DNA of 64,000 nucleotides from a virus (Duplodnaviria; Caudoviricetes), in IMG/VR virus record IMGVR_UViG_2843291059_000004, positions 32,001-96,000 of that record; one strand, written 5' to 3'. Positions within the stretch are counted from its first letter, which is position 1. Every line of letters begins with the position of its first letter. Positions 19,752 through 32,549 of the stretch are shown here, one piece after another. A program made the position numbers and the translations under genes. The notes beneath the pieces were generated by a model that saw only the letters and a list, made by a program, of their open reading frames with translations, did not search any database and had not been told where the DNA came from.

Positions 19752-19774
19752 TTTGTTTTACTCCTTTTCGTTCA

Positions 19775-22700
19775 TTAAGAAAAATCTGCGGTCAAATCTT
19801 CAGACGTCCAGCTCTTATAGTCTGTGTACTCGTCACTGAGCACATCCATCCAAAGATAATTTTCAATATCACCACTACTATCATAATTGATACTAGACAG
19901 GTTGATTGTTTCGCCATCATTTCTTTTAAGGTAAATCACGATCTCAGGATATGGCTCTACAAAACCCTCTGCAACGATCTTTCCGATGGATGTATCGATT
20001 TCAAATCGCTTTTCATTCATATTGATTTGCCTCCTAGAAGAACTGTTTTATCAAACTTCAATAATCGTCCACCATTCGCTTTCTTTAGGCGAAGAGATAT
20101 ATATGCTATCACTAAGCTCTGTGATTTCCGGTTCATTTCCAGGTCCACCATACATTACTTGATAATAATGCTGGAACTCTGCTTCAGCTTGATTTATTGC
20201 ATCATTTTTCGCTTCTTCAAAAGTATCAAACGTTTGCTTGTTAATGACACTAGGAATATCTTTTTTCTGCATAAAAATATCCAAAAGCATATACATAATC
20301 GTCACCTCAAAACTGATACTTCCAAAAGATTCGTGCGTTGCCGGTAATATCTTGCAAGCAAGAAATGTACTCCCGGAACGAAATCAGCCCTTGTATCTTC
20401 ATAACCCATGCTCGCTTTGCACGAACTGCAATCGCTGGATCGTACTTCACAGCATCGTTAAATGCGCTGTCGGTCATTTTGCGTTCAAAGTAACGAATCT
20501 CATTGATGTTCATAATCATTTCTCCTCTGTCTCACTCAGTTTCTTTTCAAAATCTTCGAGTTCTTTATAATCTTCATCTGTGAGATAATCGTCGATTTCA
20601 ATATCCAAAAGGATATAACACTGCGCCTGCAAAGCAACATACGCATCATCTGCACTCATTCCATTTTCAATAAGAACTTGTGCCGCTTCCATAAGTTTAT
20701 CATTCATAGTTCGTTCCATTTTCTAAAACCTCAACAACAATCAGCTACAATTTTCTCAAGCATATCCATAAGTTCTTTGAACGTTTTACATTTCATTTTT
20801 ACATTAAAAATCAAGCAATAAATAACCTTTGCGTTATCACTAGGACATTCACTCTCGCCGTTATTGTACATTCTTATTAAGTCATATGCACTTGTTGTGA
20901 TTGCACTCTTTTCTCCGTCCTCATCAACAAGCAAAATACAACTTTCCCGAAGATAAAACCTAGTAAAAGTCCACATTTTTAAAACCTCGATTCTATTAAA
21001 TGTAACGTTCATTGTTTTTGTTCAAAAAATCCCTAATATAATTCTTCAGGCTATATTCAATACCACTTACAGAGGATAAAGTTCTTGTCCATAATCCGCC
21101 TAGATGGTCACTAGACGCCTTATCAACCCCTTCAATCACAGTAAACCATTCATAATTATTATCTTCTTCCAATCCATCAAAATCATCTTCTTCAAAATGT
21201 AAGTCCATTTCAACGCCAGGATACCCATCAACATCGTATGTAACAATTCTGGTATCAAAATCATTCGGTTTATTGCCAGTGCCATCCCAGCCAGACGGAT
21301 TCATACGCTTGATAAAATCTTCTGCAACTTCACGAATAGTCATAACATTCACTCCCTCAATTCTCCATTTTCGTAATCAAAAACATAGCAACAATTCTCA
21401 TAATCTTTCTTGTACAGGTCAGTCTGAATCTTATCATTTTCTGCGTCCTGTTCAATAATTGTAATCAAATCGTCCCATGAAAATGTTTCCCCGTCTTTAG
21501 AGTAAAAAATTCCCATCCCTGGAAAGCTTTCTTTATCTGCCGATTCCGTAGCAATCAGCCAGCCATCATGAATTTTGACTTTGAAATCATGTTCATCAAC
21601 ATTATACATATATCTTTCTCCTTTATATTATTATCTTATCTTCACCAAGCGTTTCAGTTTCATATGTTGTATAGACAAGTTCTGTCGGCTTACTGTAACA
21701 CGTTTTCATCCAGTCAAGCTCCGCATCACGCAGCTCTTTTGTGGGATAGATTTCATGCCCTCTATATGTATCGCCGTACATAAAGTGTCTGACAGAGTAT
21801 TCAAGATGGTAATACATTATCGTTTTTCCAACTCCTCACACACTTTTACAATGATAGCCAAACCTGTACGCCGAAAATCTGCATTGTAAGGATTTTGTGC
21901 TTGAACATCTAAATGGCATAGCAATTTTTCCAAATCAGAGCTATACTCAACGCCTGCTGTTTTACAAAGGACCTCAGCCATCGCTTGAGTGTCATATTTC
22001 ATAATAAAACTCTCCTTTTACATTAACTTACCAGAAACATCAAATGCTTTCCATTTGAAACTGAATTTATCTGTCCAAACTTGTGCCTCAAATTCATTGT
22101 CATCATAATCAGTTTGGACGTCAGGAAAATCAGAATACATTGCATAACATTCTTCTGAATCATCCATAATGTATTTTATTGCTTCCGTTTTGGTTTTGAA
22201 AAATTCAGGCTCAAAAATCTCACCTTCGGAACCACATTCAATAACACACCACATAGTATTCTTCCTTTTACACACTCACATTCTTGTAAACCCAGTCAAC
22301 GCCTTTACTATGGAACTCATCCACCCAACGAAACCAATCATCTTGTGTGAAACTGCCAACTGGAAAGCCTCTCCAATTCTGATCAAGAACTAATTCTCCA
22401 TGTTCGTTTCCAACCCATGTAAAATCCGTGTTCTCTTTCCAAAGACGTTCAACAAATTTATCGCAATCATCTTTATTCCAACTTAGCTTCTGCATCCACT
22501 GTGCATCTAAATATGTATTTTCATATGCTTCCGCAACAGCACATGGACAGTTTTTACAGGTTTTTTCTATACAAGACCAACAAGGGCCATTATAATAACT
22601 CATAATTTATGCCTCACTAAAATCCGCATTGGCAAGAACTTCATTGCCATATTCAACAAGAACATTTCTGAACCAATTTTCATTCTTTTTCCACCACTGT

Positions 22701-25700
22701 TCTGCTTGCTGCGGAGTCATTTCAATTCCATTGTCTTTTGCAACACCGATAATATCATCGGTGCACCAACGTGTTTCAGCAAACCACTTTTCTTTAATAT
22801 CATCTTCTTGATTTTCTCGCTCCATCTCGTCCAAAACAGTCCATGGATTTGCCCAGTCACATAGGTCGAATAACTCCAATGCTTTATCTTCGGTTTTACA
22901 CAAATCCAAAAAGTCTTTCCATGTATAAAAGTAAGCCGAGCATTCGGCAAGATCGTCTTTCGACATCATATAATCAGTTGGAATATCATTCAATGAAACA
23001 TCAGGAATATAAATTACTTCATTAAGATCAAAACACTTTCCTTTTGCCTTATAGATAAGACAGTTCTGACCTTGGGTTAAATCCAATAACGACTCAAGAG
23101 TTTTACCAGCTCTTAATTCAGCAACCAATTCTTCATATTTCATAATATTTCCTCCTAAAATTCAACATTTATCAAAAGCGCCAGCTAGTTGTAACAACCT
23201 TTTTTGCTTCGCCTTGTTCGTATTTGTTGTTTTTAATAGCTTCTTCTAAACCATTGCCCGCATTGTAGGCTATACCATTTTGAACAGGGTCATCTCCAAG
23301 AAAACCACCACAAGAATCGATTTCAGTCCAATTAGGTTCGGCGCTTTCTTCGACATCATCTTCTACAAAACCATCCTGTTCATAAAGCGTATACCCATAC
23401 ACTTCACCAGTCAGATAGTTGTTATACGCCTCAACTTCAAGTTCCATATTTTTTTCAGCAATTGCTTTATTCTTTTCGTTAAAGTCAGAAAGAATAGTAA
23501 CAATCCATCCTACATAACTCGAATCAAACATATCGTTATAAGGATATTTGCGTACCCCGCAACTCATTGTGATTCCGCTATGTTCGTAAGTCCAAAGAGG
23601 AAGCCAAACTGCTCTTTTTTCAAGCAACATCATACAGTCACGAATAGAAAACTCTTCTCTGGAGTACTGAACAAGATCATCATAAAACAGATTTATCCAT
23701 CGGTATTCATCTTTGTTAGGAATCCAATCATTTGACTCAGAATCGTTAGTACAAATCGCCCAATAATCATTATCATCATCGCTGTCATGATATTGGATTG
23801 CACATGTATCGAAAAGTTTTTTATTCACTAGTGCATCAAGAACCTCTTCGTCACTGCAATACTTCCAAACAAGATCATTCCAAAAATATTTAGGGTCACT
23901 AAAACCAATATCATCACCAAGAGAGTATCTTTTATGAAAACAAGCCATAATAGAATCATGCCCATAATCACGAGGATTGCACTCTCCATCATTATCTGCC
24001 CAAATATGCAAGCAGTAATTTACACCATCATTCTCCCACTTTATAGTTTCATTGTCGTAGCAATATAACATATCTAAAATCTCCCTTTTATTAAATTTTA
24101 TTTTTATATTTTCTTACAATCTCAATATCAGAAGATAAACAAAGAAGCATCGCTTCAAGACGTTCACACATAATATGGCGATCAGGGTTTGATATATATA
24201 ACGCCATCATCGCGTCGTATTTATCAAGAAGCTCTTTCTCGATACAATCAATTGCATTCATATCCAATACCTCCATTATGCACTTGCCTTTTCTTCGAAA
24301 GCGTACCAATCAGACCAAATCTTATCGACCTCGCCATTCTTAAAGCCTTTCTTATAATCGGTAAACTCAACATAATAGTTGCTTGTCCACTCATTCAGAG
24401 CGTGTTCGTAAATGGCTGCAACACCACGCTTTGTTTCAACAACAAAGCTATCGACCAAAACACCTTCAACATAAGCACCAGTATATTGTGCTTTATTCTG
24501 GTGCATCCAACGGCCAAGAGCACCCGCATTAAGATAAAACCGTGTCATGATTCATTCTCCTCTTTTCATTCCGTCGCAACTTCCAGCAATTTTATCAATC
24601 ATTTCTATATACTCTCCGAATGTTTTGCATTTCACTTCCACTCCAAAACAAGCTGCATAAACAACCAAAGAGTCATTACTTGCCACATAATTACATTCGT
24701 GCCACCAGTCATAAAGCATGGAATCAACACTGCCAGAAATAACTCTACTGTTGCCATTATCATCCTTAACAATTACTGCACAGTCGTCCAGAACGTCATT
24801 AAAAAGCAACATATTCATTCTCCTTTACTCTTACTCTGCAATCATCATAGCGAGAACTGGTTCACCGGAATCTTTCAGCTGAAGTTCCAGAATGTCGCCG
24901 TCATCCACGACCTCACATTTGTTCAGATAATCCTGAAGGAAGAACATCTGACATTCTTGCCAGAAGATTTCTTTCGGATCTTCATTCTCTCCTACGAACA
25001 CATTCTTGTGATGGAAAGATTCATTCCAAACCCAGCCATCACCATCGTGCAGTGCATGAACTTCTCTTAAATCCCACATAATCAGTCCTCCCCAAAGATA
25101 TGACGCTTGTTAAGGTCATCACGGATAATATCCTCAATTTTATTTTTGGTACTATCATCAAGTTTTCCGTAAGGAGCATTGTCAAGATAATAGAAGTAAA
25201 TTTCATCTCCAAGATCCTTGTACATGACACTCACATAAAACCCAGCTGAAATTCCATTCAGTAAAGCATATCCAATACCGTATACTTCTGAATAATTGTT
25301 ACCCATTAAATCCCACATAGTTAATCCTTCCAAAAGTTGAGTTTCTTTTTGATTGTCATCTCAATTTCGTCTTTATCACCGTCAGATAGAATCTTATTAT
25401 CGTACTCGGAATAGCAAAACATAATGCTACGGCCATTATATTTATACATAACCATTGCTGTTTTTAATTGTTTGTCACGAAAAAAGGTTGCGCACCCAAT
25501 TCTATATTTTTTAGAATATTCATTTTCAACTAAATCCCACATTTTATCACACTCCATAAAATTCAATCGGTTTGTCATCAATCCAAACGAAACCGCAATA
25601 TCCCTCCTGATGCAGTTGGGAAATGAATTTATCGACAGCACGTTTTTCTGCCATAGTAAGCAAGACAGTGCTTTCACACGTATCTTCAGCGCATAAACCA

Positions 25701-28700
25701 GCGTCCCACTTATATTCTTTGTCGTTTTCAATGTACTGAGGACAACGATTTATATCCATTCCTCTATCGCCATTAAAATGGCATCCAGTATTTGCACAAG
25801 AAATACAATATTTCACATTAAACACCCATTCCTTTATAGCCCATCATATGTAAACCTTTATGCTTCTTACGACGCATATCATAATAGATTGCTACCGTAT
25901 TTTTCGGCATATTGTTTCTGAAATACTTTTCTTTGTATTCACACAGCTTCTTATACTCGTCACTTTCACGATGAGCCTTCAGCTTTTCACAATGGTCATG
26001 ACAACCAGGATAACGCTCCGGTGCCACACAGTAACGGCAAGGATCGGTCATATTGCAAACTCCTTTTCTCTTGTAAACTTAATCACCAACGCATTCACGT
26101 TGGCCGCTTCCATCGTTGACTGCTTTGCATCCTCGTGATTACCAGCTCTAAGGAACGAAACACTCTGATCCATCAGCTTACGCCGATAGAAAGAAAGAGC
26201 TGCGAGAACGATATTCTTTTCAGTGTTGGTCATGTTCTGTCACGTCCTTTCCGTCATAGACAATCCAACCTTTTTTATCATCCCAAGAATAAATCACGCC
26301 ACTTATATAAACATCAGGGTGCTCATCCGAAATAATCCTCTCTCTGAGAATCACCCGTTCATAGAAACCATCTTCAATCAACCGCTTCATCATACGAAAT
26401 GCGCCGTTTTTTTGTTTTGTATCCAGTTTTCCTAAACGTGGGCCAACCATGTTTATCTAACCATCCACAAACGCTATAAGTAACCATAGATTCCATTTTT
26501 ATCACCTCAATCTTCATCGCTCAGGTTCTGACAAAAACTCAAATAAAAATCAATATCGAAACATTCCACATCACCATCAGGGGACCACCCATAAGTCACA
26601 TCTGCAACTGCATTGTGCTTATAAAGAGCATCAATAATTTCATCACGGTATGCTGTGATCCAGTTTTTTGTTACATTGAATTTTCTAGTGATTTCATAAA
26701 CATGAATAATCCAATTACCTTCTGTGGTGCTTCTTGTTCCACTTTTGACCATCCAATCGGAAATACTGTTAATCATCCAATCGTTAACCTGTTTTACAGT
26801 TTCGCTAGTATACATTTTTATCACCTCAATCAAAACTGAACCACTTCATGTTTGGCTTTCTCCAGCATCTCTTTCTCTTGTTCTTCAAGACGTTCAACTT
26901 CACACAAAACATTACGAATACCAATGATAATAAAATCCCTATCACGCTCACGTTCTGCCCTATGTGCGGGATTGTTTTTGCAAAATCCTTCGCACAAGTT
27001 GTTTTCTCTTGCAATCAAATTATCAATCGCGCACTTCAAAACACGCTTATCTTTTTCAGTCATATTTGTCACCTCAATCATTGTAAAATATCTGATTTAT
27101 CAAAACCATGCACTAGCATCAAATACAAAATAGAAATGTTCGCCATAATCTTCAATCAAATCTTCCGTTCGGTTAAGACCACATTCTTTCGCTGATTTAA
27201 TAACAGCTCTTTTGAAGTCTCTTCTAAGAATCCAATAATCTGTTGCACCTACTGGAATATCATATCCGACAAGAACGCAAAGTTGCTTTCCTTCAAGCGG
27301 AGCTGCATCGAAATCAACTTCGGTCACATATGGAATGTTCAAAATTTTCTGCTCAAGATATTCCAATTTTTGAATTGAAACACCAAACATTTTTGCATAG
27401 CCAACAACAAATTCATTTTTTGTTCCGCGTTTCATTTTTATCACCTCATAAAAGCATGATTTTAGATATCAAAAGCATCATAAAGATCTTCGGGCTTATC
27501 ATTCGGCATCCATACTTTTGCATTATCATTAAGGAAGTAACCGCAACCAAAAAATCCAGCAGGAGAATCACAAAGATTCTGTTCACCATCTTTAACACCA
27601 GCTTGATAAACAACATAGATAAACTCAGCAAGCTCATGCTTATCCATTCGCTTAATGCGGTCGTACAATGTTTCCATATCAATCGCTCCTTTTAGATATC
27701 ACTCTCTTCGTTTTTAAGACGACACTGTTCTTGACACTTGTCATAATAATCAATAACTTCGTTAATCTTCTCAGGAGATTCTTCTCTATATTTCTTATAC
27801 ATCTCCACTGCCTCTTTTGCTTTACAATCGTATGCCCACCGATAAGCCTTTACAAATCTCTGCTGGCGGCGACCATAATTCTTATCCTTTTCTCTAGCTT
27901 CATATATCTTTTTAACAGTTCTTTCAGTGACCTTATCGTTATTTATCGAAACTCTATGCATTACATCAGAAAACTCAAGAAACATACTTTCAGGGACATA
28001 TCCATTGTGATCTCGCATCTGTGTCCACATCTTTCCAAGCATCTGAAAGTCCTTTTTACCGATATAAGCCATACCTAACACTCCTTTTAATATTATTGTG
28101 TTTTCACATTCTGGTAGCGGTTATGTCTGCCCTAGTACCGCTAATCACCTAGCATCTGCTATTTATACTACCCAGACTTGACTTCTTATGTAGTCCTCAA
28201 TATCTGCTGGATAACCATTGCGCTGGACATACTGACACAGCATACGCTGCACATCACGGTTGTCACCATAGTCCATTGCCAACGAGATATCTTCACCGTG
28301 AGTTCCAACACCCAGGCGTTCATACTTTCTGACTTCAAGATAGAAGTCGTATGCACTGTAGTGCCTTCCGTCCCGGCGGTCGAGAATGGAATCAATAATC
28401 AAAGTTTTCACCTCTTAACCAAAAATATAAATTGCTGACGTTCTGGAAGTCACGGCATAATATGTTCCGGTTTTGTATCCTTTGAGTAACATTCCATCGC
28501 AACCATAAACACCAGAGGAATATCCGACCTGAGAAAGATAATCTTCTCTTTTGATAATCTTTTCATAATCCTCATTGTTTGCACGAGTAACATCTTCTGC
28601 CATTCCAAGGGCAACCATATTCTTCAGTTCTTTCCGAGTGTACTTACGCATTTTCTTTCATCTCCTTTACAGTCTCATCGTCCCAATGAAATCCACGCTT

Positions 28701-31020
28701 TTCATAAAGCGGAATCCAATGAGCTTCAAAAAAGTCGTAGCCACAACCATCAATGCCGAAAATGTAACCGTAATCTTCTTGCTCATAGATACGAAAACCA
28801 CAGTCTGCCATTTCCTGAAGATGATTCTCAAGCCACCAATTGTCACAGCCGTCACTGAACTGCCACATCGTGCCCCACATCGGAAGACCATCATAACGAA
28901 TGACTTCAAATTCGTCCGTACTCAGATGAATCTTCACGCTGGTGTCCTCATCTGGAACGATGGTATAAATCATTTCTCCATCGTCATTCTTGCTATAGCC
29001 AACAACCTCACCTTCGCCGTTATAATCACCACCCAAAATCGAAACGCGATCATTGATAGTTGGCGGGGTGATCTCCGTCATCTCTTCGCCGTTCTCATAC
29101 ATATTCAGCTTATTGAGCTTTTCAATAACGCTCTGAGGAATCGCATTAAATTCCTGAACCCATGCGTATGCTGCGTCTTTCTTAGTTTTATACATAGCCA
29201 TAGTTGGATCTCCTTTTCTTGCGTATCCTGTATTATATAGCTGAACGGTAAAAATAAAAGTCCTCTAACGGACTGCCTTTCTTAGCTACATAATACAGGA
29301 TACTGATAGAAATGTCAAGCACTAAAATGTAGATTTTATTAACGTCGCATTTTAGTGCGTTGATACGTTGTTTATTTGTGACTGTTTTGTGAATGTCAAT
29401 CAACATCCACTTCATCAGACCGTACCCACAGAACGTCTTCGATGGTATCGTCATAGATGGTTTCTGTTCCATTGCTGTTCATAACCATGGTAACTTTCTG
29501 ACCATCTGACGGGGTTTCTTCCATGCTTGCGTAAGAATACAGCCATTCTTCGCCGTTCTCATCAACCACATGGATTGTCTTGATTCCGTTACGGAATACT
29601 TCGATTTCATCCACGCTACCGGCCAGGACATAACGATTCTCCAGGCGAGTTTTCATAGGCTCTGCTGCATTTGCAGTCATACAGTTCGCCAGAATGGAAA
29701 CACCAGCCACAACGGTAGCCAGGATGACGGACAGCTTATTCTGAGTAAGTTTCATTTTATGTATCTCCTTTTCAATCTTTCAAACCAAATAATTTCATAC
29801 CAGCAGATCCCATGTCTGCCGGGTACAATTTTATAACACGATCGCTGTAAAATTCTGCAATCAAATTACAACTCTCAAGCGAAGTATATTCTTCGTCGAG
29901 AGTTCTTCCGTTATGTTCTGCGGAATTATACTCATCCGCATCATAAAATCCATACATAGCGGTATCATAGAATTCTGACGTAGACATTCCGCCGTACTCA
30001 AAACCTGAGAGAACATTTTTCAGTCCTTCTTGACCAAAGACTGCCGCATAAATGCCGCCTGCATTATCCTCATACACTTCAACACTTACTCTCATTTTCG
30101 TTTTCTCCTTTCTTAGTGACCCCAACGGCACACGATAACGCCGTTAATCCAGATAGAAATGTTTGCGCCCTGCCGATACCACTCGACAGCTTCACGGTGA
30201 ATATTAGTGATAATACCGGTATCATCGTTCATAAAATACTGACCTTTTTTCATCTTGTGTTCTCCTTTACACTCTCATGCACTCATCAAGATAGATTCGT
30301 TTACCGAAACACTTGACGTATGCTCTGCCAGACGGTGCATAGATGATCTTCAAATGATGATAGTGAAAATACTTCTCATCATCACACAACACACCAGACA
30401 TACCATAGAGATAATCGTCAATGCCGTATTCGATATCGCCATGAATCTGGAAACCACCACATCTGCCGTAGCTGCTATCATAAGCAGTTACAGGATGGCT
30501 CTTACAATATTCTCTTGCGGTCATATCAAACTCTCCTTAAAACATATCTTTTACGATGATTTCAGCATCAGGATAGTACATTTTTACACACTCCACAGCT
30601 TCTTTTGCATCTGCCACAATGAGGTTGCAGCACTTGCGCTCATCCATGATGTATGCGCTGTAATTCTCGTAAGTGGTCATTTTCCATCTACCAAAGTGGT
30701 TGAAAACAACGATCTTCTTCATGCTTTTCATTCTCCTTTACTCAAAATTCTTATCAGGTTATACCTCCGAAAACATAGAGTAAATCATGTATGCCGTACC
30801 AAGCGCACAAAGCACAATCACAATGAGCGGAACCCACTTAACCATCCAGAAATACCAAGCCATTTTACATTCTCCTCTCTTATTCCATCCAGCATTTTGC
30901 GGTGCTGACATATTCAACACCGGCTTCTGCCAGGGCTTCCTGATAGATTTTCACAAGCTCTGTGTCACCAAACGTTATGGCAACATCAAGAGCCGATTCA
31001 ATAGCCAAAATTGCCATGGT
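19775..31020 (-). other. Dense array of ~40 small hypothetical CDSs (early/host-takeover-type region), including 22607-23143, 23172-24071, 28644-29201 and signal-peptide protein 29396-29755
   Basis: Contiguous minus-strand ORFs of 45-300 aa with SD sequences; no catalytic motifs recognised. Confidence 0.7.
29290..29318 (-). promoter_or_regulatory. SigA-type promoter overlapped by the 21-bp box at 29283-29303
   Basis: TTGACA-17-TATTAT on minus strand. Confidence 0.6.
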
Positions 31021-31134
31021 AGAACTCCTCTTTTATTGTGTTTCTGACTTGCATATTTTGCATATCATTTGCATAAATATTCATTTTAGGGCATAAAAAT
31101 AACACCCTATGAGTTTTAGGTCATAAGGTGTTTG

Positions 31135-31163
31135 TTGACGTGAGTATTCGGTTCTGCTAGAAT
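31135..31163 (+). promoter_or_regulatory. SigA promoter of a counter-oriented gene
   Basis: TTGACG-17-TAGAAT with extended -10 TG. Confidence 0.65.
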
Positions 31164-31196
31164 AAAGACATCATAATTTGAAAGGAAGTCCTTGCT

Positions 31197-31610
31197 ATGG
31201 GAAGCAAATGTATAGCCATTCACTATCTTGAATCAGAAAAAATTCAATTTATGACGAGTGTTTTCGCAAAGGTTGAAGAAGCAAAGTTGAATATTTTTCA
31301 TGCTTCTCAAAACAACAATATGGATAATGACTTCAAGATCTGTTTAGATTGCCTCTATGGTTATTTAGCATTAGGTCGTACTAAAAAGTATTCACAGGTT
31401 TTTCTAAATGCTAATTCTTATGATCTGTCTGACGCATATCATTACATAACAACAGGCTTTCATTTTGATGGGACAAAAGGAACTGTGCCAGACGATATAC
31501 GAGAGCTTGCCGCTTTTGTTTTAGAATATGGAGATTACTTTGATTTAATTTTAGAAAAAATCAAAAAAGATAACAAAGATTTCTACAACAAAATCATTTC
31601 AGAATCTTAG
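31197..31610 (+). CDS. Moron-like hypothetical protein
   Basis: Only plus-strand gene in the left arm with its own promoter and AAGGA RBS; AT-rich. Confidence 0.7.
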   Translation: MGSKCIAIHYLESEKIQFMTSVFAKVEEAKLNIFHASQNNNMDNDFKICLDCLYGYLALGRTKKYSQVFLNANSYDLSDAYHYITTGFHFDGTKGTVPDDIRELAAFVLEYGDYFDLILEKIKKDNKDFYNKIISES

Positions 31611-31809
31611 GCTTTCCATTCTCATCAATAATGAGATTGCCATAAGTGTATGCTTCCGCACAGGCTTTCAAAACGGCGTTTTTCGTCGTTCCATTTAGCT
31701 CTGTTTTCGCCGTGAACGCTTCAAAGAGAGTGGGCTCAACCTTCAGGCCGATATGCTTCGATTGATCCTTTTCTCTGGCGTACTCTTTTTTATAATCACG
31801 ATTTGCCAT
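31594..31809 (-). CDS. Small ribbon-helix-helix-like DNA-binding protein
   Basis: KHIGLKVEPTLFEAF..K..NGTTKNAVLK; consensus promoter TTGACA-17-TATAAT at 31838-31866. Confidence 0.6.
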   Translation of the reverse strand: MANRDYKKEYAREKDQSKHIGLKVEPTLFEAFTAKTELNGTTKNAVLKACAEAYTYGNLIIDENGKPKILK

Positions 31810-31877
31810 AATTGCACCGCCTTTTCTTGATGATGCAATTATATCATTCTGACGAATTGCTGTCAAACTCAAAATTA

Positions 31878-32549
31878 TCACCTTGCTTTCTTGCCAGATT
31901 TCACAGGAAACACGTCATTCAAAGGGCGCATATCTCTGTTATCGAAATCACGGGCACAGCATCCAGTTCCGTCCATGTAGTACGACATTCTTTCATCCAT
32001 GCGGAAGCTATGATTATTCATCAAGACTTCTCTGCCGTAGATCCAGCCGGAAACTGTGACGTATTCACTAGAGCCAAACACGACACGCTGAGAACGCTTT
32101 TTTTGAACTGGTTTACCAACTTCATTATAACGGTCATCAAGACGTTTCTTGCTCTTATGATAGCGCAAAGAGCCCTCTGCATTAGCTTGTGACGCTCTGA
32201 GAAAAGCTGTTTCGCTCTGCTGCTGTTTTGCCTTTTCCATTACAAGACGCTTTTCTTTCTTGCTCTGCTGATAGGCATTCCAGTCATAAAGGGAAACACT
32301 CCTTGCGTGGTATGCTTCTTTAAGGAAGTCAACAATCTTGCAAGGATGGATAGAAGTCCATCCCATAGACGTTTTGATGTACATAGGCATAAAGCCTGTT
32401 TTCATTGCGATAAACGGACGACTGACGAACACAACGCCGTCAAATGTGCCGTAAAGATCAAGCTCTTTGATTTCTGTGCCGTTGTAGATGATAGAGTGCC
32501 CAGAAGTGTTCTGACGCACTTCTCCCATCGTATTCTGATAGGATTTCAA
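31878..32549 (-). CDS. Hypothetical protein
   Basis: 223 aa ORF, GAGGTG RBS. Confidence 0.65.
   Translation of the reverse strand: MKSYQNTMGEVRQNTSGHSIIYNGTEIKELDLYGTFDGVVFVSRPFIAMKTGFMPMYIKTSMGWTSIHPCKIVDFLKEAYHARSVSLYDWNAYQQSKKEKRLVMEKAKQQQSETAFLRASQANAEGSLRYHKSKKRLDDRYNEVGKPVQKKRSQRVVFGSSEYVTVSGWIYGREVLMNNHSFRMDERMSYYMDGTGCCARDFDNRDMRPLNDVFPVKSGKKAR

Larger units (their letters stand above)
2929..29339. repeat. Dispersed quasi-palindrome TA(A/G)AA-N6-TT(T/C)TA(T) at gene junctions, ~18 copies
   Basis: Left ends at 5141, 11259, 11598, 12012, 12289, 12702, 13948, 15333, 15752, 20035, 20980, 22005, 23156, 24075, 27084, 27449, 29323; degenerate at 2929, 11828, 12918. Confidence 0.7.
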
